A stretch of DNA of 64,000 nt from Vicinamibacteria bacterium (lineage in GTDB: Bacteria > Acidobacteriota > Vicinamibacteria > Marinacidobacterales > Marinacidobacteraceae): positions 384,001 to 448,000 of the forward strand of contig CAXXLQ010000004.1 in the NCBI GenBank assembly GCA_963668695.2, read 5' to 3'. The notes under the pieces are model-generated. The model saw only the letters and a list, made by a program, of their open reading frames with translations, was not told the DNA's origin and searched no databases. Numbering within the stretch: position 1 is the stretch's first letter; each line of letters opens with the position of its first letter. Both the position numbers and the translations under genes were made by a program. This document shows positions 58,912-64,000 of the stretch, piece by piece.

Positions 58912-59931
58912 TTATCTCGAATGCGAGTTCGTGTAATGGTCGGCGAGAAGGTCCCTGCCGAAGTCTCCCTCCAGATCGCGCCAGACCGTGTGGATGTGGT
59001 TCGCGTCATTCTGCGTGTTGTCGTATTCGATGAGGAACGTCGGGCCGTGGACCCGGTAGTAGTGCGGGTCGCCGGGCTCAGCGGTGCCGGCCCACGCGAA
59101 GTGAATGTCTTGGAGACCGGCCGCCTTGATCTTGTCGAACTCGTCCTTTGCGAGGTCGAGCCGCAGCCGGCCGGTATAGACCTGCAGGAGCTCGACGAGC
59201 TTGTCGGCCTGCTCGTCCGTCATGTCGCGGGTCGCAACCCCGAGCGGTTCCCCGGCCTCGGCGACCCGGTCGTGGCCCGTCAGGATGTCGGGCGGCGCCT
59301 CGGCGTCGAAGATGACCTTTTCACGCGCCCCACCATCGAAGAGCGCGAGCAGCTCCCTCGCTACCGTCTGCTCCGCCGCGAGCACCTCGAGACCCTCGTG
59401 CTTGCCTTCCCCGGCGATCGCCGGATTGCTGCCCATGAACGCCGGTGACGTCGCGATGACCTCGCCGTCGTTGAGCGTGAGGTTGAGCGACAGATGATGC
59501 CCCTCGACGCGCCAGCCCCAGGCGCCCGAGCTCGATGGCTCATCGAACACCGTGAAGTAGTAGCGGTCGGAATCACGAATGTCGCGGCCTTCGCGCTCGT
59601 AGAGAATCTGTTCGAGATACATGATCCCGAGCGCCTTGCTGATCCCCTCGTGGCTCAAAGCCGTGCCGAGCAGGCGGTCGGCGAGCCGGCGCTGGGGCGG
59701 CGTGAACTCCCCGTACGGGAGTCCCTCCCGATCCCGCGGTATGAAGTGCCAATTGAGCCGCTCGTCGTCAGCGAACGCGAACGTCGCCTGGTCCCGCTGG
59801 TCGGGATCGAGCGAGACCAGAAAATGCCGCGCCCGGTCGATCATCTCCTCGGCAACATCCTGAGATACGGCCGTCCAGCCAATCGACGCCGCGAGTACGA
59901 GGCATGCGAACAACGCAATCCTGATCTTCAT
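58912..59931 (-). CDS. DUF3500 domain protein
   Basis: WHFIP, WGWRVEGHHLSLN, YYRVHGPTFLIEYDN and NHIHTVWRD..DFG. Confidence 0.9.
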   Translation of the reverse strand: MKIRIALFACLVLAASIGWTAVSQDVAEEMIDRARHFLVSLDPDQRDQATFAFADDERLNWHFIPRDREGLPYGEFTPPQRRLADRLLGTALSHEGISKALGIMYLEQILYEREGRDIRDSDRYYFTVFDEPSSSGAWGWRVEGHHLSLNLTLNDGEVIATSPAFMGSNPAIAGEGKHEGLEVLAAEQTVARELLALFDGGAREKVIFDAEAPPDILTGHDRVAEAGEPLGVATRDMTDEQADKLVELLQVYTGRLRLDLAKDEFDKIKAAGLQDIHFAWAGTAEPGDPHYYRVHGPTFLIEYDNTQNDANHIHTVWRDLEGDFGRDLLADHYTNSHSR

Positions 59932-60002
59932 GTTCGGTCTCCTTCCTTTGACCGATTCTACGCTCGCGTACCGCCGACCGCGAACAAGCGCCGGGACGGC
60001 CA

Positions 60003-60071
60003 GGAGCGCTGGCCAGTTCTCCCGGTGGGGGCCTTCAGACCGGCATCGCGGCCGGAGGCCGCGAAACTCCC
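60003..60071. repeat. REP-like double hairpin with a 20-nt insert (60013-60032)
   Basis: GGAGCGCTGG[CCAGTTCTCCCGGTGGGGGC]CTTCAGACCGGCATCGCGGCCGGAGGCCGCGAAACTCCC. Confidence 0.85.
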
Positions 60072-60141
60072 ATCGTCGCTCCCCGCGTGGCACCGCGGTG
60101 AATAGGAGCGCCGATCTTCAGGCTCCCACCAACAGAAGCGG

Positions 60142-61104
60142 CTAACCCGTCAGTTCCCGCAGCGTCAGCATCGCTATCGCGAGGTCCTGGACGCCCATGC
60201 CGGTCAGATCGACGACCGAAATGCCGTCCCGCGCCATCCGCGGGTCCGGGCTGGCGAGCGACAGCATTTCGCCAAAGGAGCAGTCGCTGTCTTCCGCGAC
60301 CGCGCCGGCTCTCACCGCGGCGCCGAATTCACTGTGATGCAGACACTCCCGATGGTCGTCGGTGACGATGGTGTGGGCCCTGCCCAGGATGCGCGGATCC
60401 AGCTCGGTCTTCCCCGGGGTGTCGGCGCCGACGGCGACGATGTGGAGCGTTTCGGGAACGTCTTCCAGATGAACGACCGGTTTCGTCGCGGGGGTGGTGG
60501 TGACGAGAATGGCGCTGGAATGGCAGACATCGCGGACCGTATCCATCGCGGTGGCCGCCAGTCCTCCGGCCTTCAGCTTTTCCGAGAGGGCGGCCGCCTT
60601 GGCGGCGGAACGTCCCCAGATGGACACCGACCCAAGCCCCAGATGGGAAGCGATCATGGTGGCCTGTATCTCCGCCTGGGTCCCGGTGCCGATCACGCCG
60701 AGAGTCGCGTCCTTCGACACCGGTTTCAGACCGGCAGCCAGGGCCCCGGCAGCCGCGGTGCGGACGTTGGTAAGCCAGCACTCGTCGTGGAGAATGGCCT
60801 CCGGAAGGCCGGTGTCGGTGGAGATCAGGACGATCATGCCGCCGGCGCCGGGCAGGCCGCGCGCCGCATTCCGGTACGACCCCGATGCGATCTTGACCGC
60901 AGCGTACGGACGGCCGCTCCAGATGGCGGACTTGACGTGACATTCGCCATGCTGTTCCTGCCGGTCGTCGCGGAACACGATCTGGACGGGCTCGGGGCAG
61001 TGCACCTGCCCCCTCGCATGGGCGATGAATCCGGCCTTTACGGCCTCGATGGCGGCTTTCGCGGTGATGGCCGACTGAATGTCGGCAAGGGGAACGATGC
61101 GCAT
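60142..61104 (-). CDS. Ornithine cyclodeaminase / mu-crystallin family protein
   Basis: LTNVRTAAAG, GVIGTGTQA, AVGADTPGKTEL and DLTGMGVQD. Confidence 0.9.
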   Translation of the reverse strand: MRIVPLADIQSAITAKAAIEAVKAGFIAHARGQVHCPEPVQIVFRDDRQEQHGECHVKSAIWSGRPYAAVKIASGSYRNAARGLPGAGGMIVLISTDTGLPEAILHDECWLTNVRTAAAGALAAGLKPVSKDATLGVIGTGTQAEIQATMIASHLGLGSVSIWGRSAAKAAALSEKLKAGGLAATAMDTVRDVCHSSAILVTTTPATKPVVHLEDVPETLHIVAVGADTPGKTELDPRILGRAHTIVTDDHRECLHHSEFGAAVRAGAVAEDSDCSFGEMLSLASPDPRMARDGISVVDLTGMGVQDLAIAMLTLRELTG

Positions 61105-61172
61105 CCGGGGTGTCCTTTCCGTGGGGGAATGCAGGATGTCTGAGATCCCCGCTCAGGGAAACCAGGTCTCAA

Positions 61173-61489
61173 CAGCCTATCGACAAAGTCACGCGGCATT
61201 CCCGAGCCAGAAGGGATGGTGGTCGGGTGACCCCGCCCCCCGCCCCTTCCGCTCCGGGGTCTCCGCGGTGCTGACGCCCCGCTCCGGGGTCTCCGCGGTG
61301 CTGGCGCCCCGCTCCGGAAGCGACCGGCGATGCATCCCGGCTGAACCGCCCCCCCACCGGGAGAACTGGCGCTTCGCGTCGCTCATCGTTGCGCTTCGGT
61401 CGAAATACACCAGGTATTCCTCCCTCGCGCGCCTTGTCAGCCGGGCGCCTCACCGGTCTCGGTACTCACGTCACTTTGTCCACAGGCTG
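61173..61489 (-). mobile_element. Divergent MITE variant with an internal 30-bp tandem repeat and one 20-nt insert
   Basis: Ends CAGCCTATCGACAAAGTCACG / CGTCACTTTGTCCACAGGCTG; core 61325-61455 matches the other MITEs. Confidence 0.7.
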
Positions 61490-61857
61490 TTTAGCTTCTC
61501 GTCCGCCTTCTGTTTGTGTTCCGGCCTGATGTGAAGCGCCACGGTGGCCAGCGCGAACGCCAGTACACCCAGATCATCCGAAAATCCGGCTAACGGAACG
61601 ACATCGGGAATGGCATCCAACGGGAAGATGAAGTAGCCAAGCGCGCCGATGATGCGCGCGCGGGCCCATTTTGGAGTGTTCGGGTCACGCAGGCAGCGGT
61701 ACAGGACAAGCGCCCCACGAATCACCTCCCTGCCTGCCGCCGGGGCGAACGCGACGACCTTATTCCGGAACGACTCCTTGCTGTACGCCTCGTCGTAGTT
61801 GGGTTCGGGCGACGGATTCGCCGCGTCGTCCCGGGCGGAGTCAATCACCGGCGTCAA
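61471..61857 (-). CDS. YkvA / DUF1232 family protein
   Basis: GALGYFIFPLDAIPD..GFSDD. Confidence 0.9.
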   Translation of the reverse strand: MTPVIDSARDDAANPSPEPNYDEAYSKESFRNKVVAFAPAAGREVIRGALVLYRCLRDPNTPKWARARIIGALGYFIFPLDAIPDVVPLAGFSDDLGVLAFALATVALHIRPEHKQKADEKLNSLWTK

Positions 61858-61943
61858 TCAAACGACGTCCCTCCGGACCAGAGCAGGACCGCGGTTACCG
61901 GATCCGGCTCCTTCCCGCAGTGGACCCAGCTCGTCCCGCGCGG

Positions 61944-62375
61944 TCAGGCCTGGCGGGGCGCCATCACCCCCAGCACCGCCGCGATCAGGATGAGCGCCAA
62001 TGGAACCAGGGCCGTAACGAGGCCGAGGCCTATGCCCAACACCGGAAGCCGGAGCAGGATCACCAGCGTGTTCACCAGGCCCGCCGCCAACAGCAGGCGG
62101 AACAGCCGACCCCTCCGCCGGTACGGGCCCCAGGCGATCCCGAACAGCAAGATCCCGTAGGAAAGCCCGAACGCGGCGGCCGTGCCCCGACGGGCGGAGA
62201 GCGCCGCGGCGAGTTCCGGGTCCCCGTCGGCGACCTGCGCCGGGGTCAACCGGCCGCCGATCAGGTCGGAATCCGGGTTCAGGTAGGCAGCGCTGAGCGA
62301 GGTCAGGGAAACCAGGATGGTGATGGCTCCCAGCAGGGCGAAGAGCACCCAACTGATGGTGTGTGCGTGTTTCAT
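61944..62375 (-). CDS. Hypothetical membrane protein
   Basis: Four hydrophobic segments; RBS AGGAG. Confidence 0.7.
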   Translation of the reverse strand: MKHAHTISWVLFALLGAITILVSLTSLSAAYLNPDSDLIGGRLTPAQVADGDPELAAALSARRGTAAAFGLSYGILLFGIAWGPYRRRGRLFRLLLAAGLVNTLVILLRLPVLGIGLGLVTALVPLALILIAAVLGVMAPRQA

Positions 62376-62394
62376 CGCGGCGACTCCTGGATCC

Positions 62395-63667
62395 CTACTG
62401 GCCTCCGACCCAGCCGGCGCTCAGTCCGGCCCGGTCCACTTCTTCGCCCCGGAGGTACACCGACTCGATGCGCCGGACGTTCGTGATGTCCTCGAGCGGG
62501 TTCGCTTCGAGGACCACGAAGTCGGCGCTCTTGCCGGCCTCGATCGTGCCGGCATCGGACATCTTGAGGAACTCGGCGGCGAAGCCGGTGGAGGCGACGA
62601 TCACCTCGTGCGGGCTCATCCCGGACTCCACCATGTCCAGCATCTCGATGTGGGGCCGCCAGCCGGCGTTCCCGTCGGTACCCATCGCGATCTTCATCCC
62701 TGCCTCGTTCAGCCGGGCGAGGTTCCTGGCCTGGATCCCGAACGACTCGTGGGACTCCGGCCGGTCCATGTGAGCGGCCTGCGCCTGCTCGAGCGCTTCG
62801 GCGGTCAGGGTTCCGGAGAGCCAGCTCACATCGTCATGGACGCCGCGGCCGCCGAGGTTGGGAATCAGGACCACGTTGGGACGCTCCTGAACCATCGCCA
62901 CGAACTCGTCGTCCACGTCCATGTCCCGGACGCTGTGGGCGAAGGAGTCGACCCCGGCCTCCAGCAGTCCTTTCGCATCTTCGAGCGAGAAGATGTGGGC
63001 GGTCACCCGCAGGCCGTGCTGGTGCGCTTCGTCGATGACGGCGCCGTAGAGCTCCGGAGTCAGCTTCTCGAACTGGCCGCCGCGGTCGTCCACCCAGATC
63101 TTCACGAAGTCCACGTTCGCGCCAGCGAGCTCCTGAACCGCCGCCCGCGCCTCCTCCGGCGTGTTGATCCAGTAGGGGACTTCCGAGCGCCCGGGCTCGT
63201 GCCGGGTGATTCCCCGGCCGGCGGTCATCGCGCGAGCGGCGCCGGCGACCGGGGCGTCCCGGACCGCGGCCGTCGCCTCGCCGTCATCGTGCCCCAGGCT
63301 CATCGCAGCCCCGACGCCGTAGTAGGCGCGCCGCTGGAGATCGTCGATCAGGGCGTCGCGCGGGACCGAGAGGTGCACATGCGTGTCGATGAGCGCGGGG
63401 ATCACCGTCCGGCCGGAGAGGTCCACATGCGCGGCGCCCTCCGGCGCCATGACCTCGTCCGCCCCGCCCGCGGCAACGAAAGCGGCCGTCCTCCACGACG
63501 AAGGTGGCGTTTTCGATCGGGTCGCTCCCGTCACCCACGATCACGGTCGCCCCGTGGAACACGGTGGCGTTCGACTGCGGCATCTCCTCCGTAGGAGCGC
63601 ACGCGCCAAGAAGCAAAAGGGCGGCTGAGAGAATGGCGCAAAGCGCGCCGGTCCTGGTTCGGAGCAT
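62395..63667 (-). CDS. Amidohydrolase family lipoprotein (1-nt frameshift near 63480)
   Basis: Lipobox LGAC in ORF 63284..63667; IPALIDTHVH, GTD and GKSADFVVL in the next frame. Confidence 0.8.
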
Positions 63668-63932
63668 GCTGTCTCCTCCTGGTCTTGCGGCAGGGCCGAC
63701 GGCCCTCCCGCAGATACGCTGAATGAAGGGGAGAGACTACCCGCTCGGAGGCCGTCCCCGCATCAGCGTCGGAAGCCCGCCGGGGTCCGCATGAGAACAC
63801 CCCTCCAGACGGCGTCCCAGTCCGGCGTGCTCTCAACTCCTCGTGGCGCGGAATCCGCGTCGCGCATCCAGTAGTCTCCGTCCTGTGTTCCGGCCGCCGG
63901 GGCCGCGGCCGGACCGAGGAGGAGCCGGGGTC

Positions 63933-64000
63933 ATGAGACAGCACCGTTTTTCCGTCATCGCGGCCGGATTCGCGTTCGCCGGGGGGCTCGCGTGTTCGCC
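63933..64000 (+). CDS. Start of a probable lipoprotein (runs off the window)
   Basis: GAGGAGG RBS followed by MRQHRFSVIAAGFAFAGGLACS. Confidence 0.55.
   Translation, partial: MRQHRFSVIAAGFAFAGGLACS

Noticed and set aside
63721-63885. Glycine riboswitch (GGAGAGAC start)
   Set aside because: The downstream GCCGAAG and CTCTCAGG consensus elements are missing.

Overview
High-GC bacterial chromosomal window; the gene content suggests an Acidobacteria-like organism, possibly a host-associated MAG (inference). Housekeeping and transport genes include tandem DUF5916 outer-membrane paralogs, tRNA-Val(TAC), RND and ABC exporters, egtB/egtD, a PQQ dehydrogenase, tmk-holB, smpB, gspF with three pseudopilins, MATE and several hydrolases. 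Between them sit four type II toxin-antitoxin pairs, a Uma2 nuclease, two AAA ATPases and an SBD-HNH restriction nuclease. The non-coding DNA has a layered repeat system: a REP-like hairpin family, a ~180-320 bp MITE family at YTAA/CTAG sites, and a nearly invariant 20-nt sequence (GCCCCCACCGGGAGAACTGG, about 18 copies). The 20-mer is inserted in either orientation at many different positions within the other repeats, and once in frame in an RND gene. It replaces 1-3 nt with no target duplication, and empty and filled alleles are both visible in the window. Other notable items: 1.8 kb of helically phased tandem arrays (32/21/53 bp) beside a wHTH gene, an EgtB homolog whose active-site motifs are altered, several local duplications bracketing cargo genes, and a 14-bp stop-start VNTR between gspF and a pseudopilin. 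Several small frameshifts may be assembly errors.
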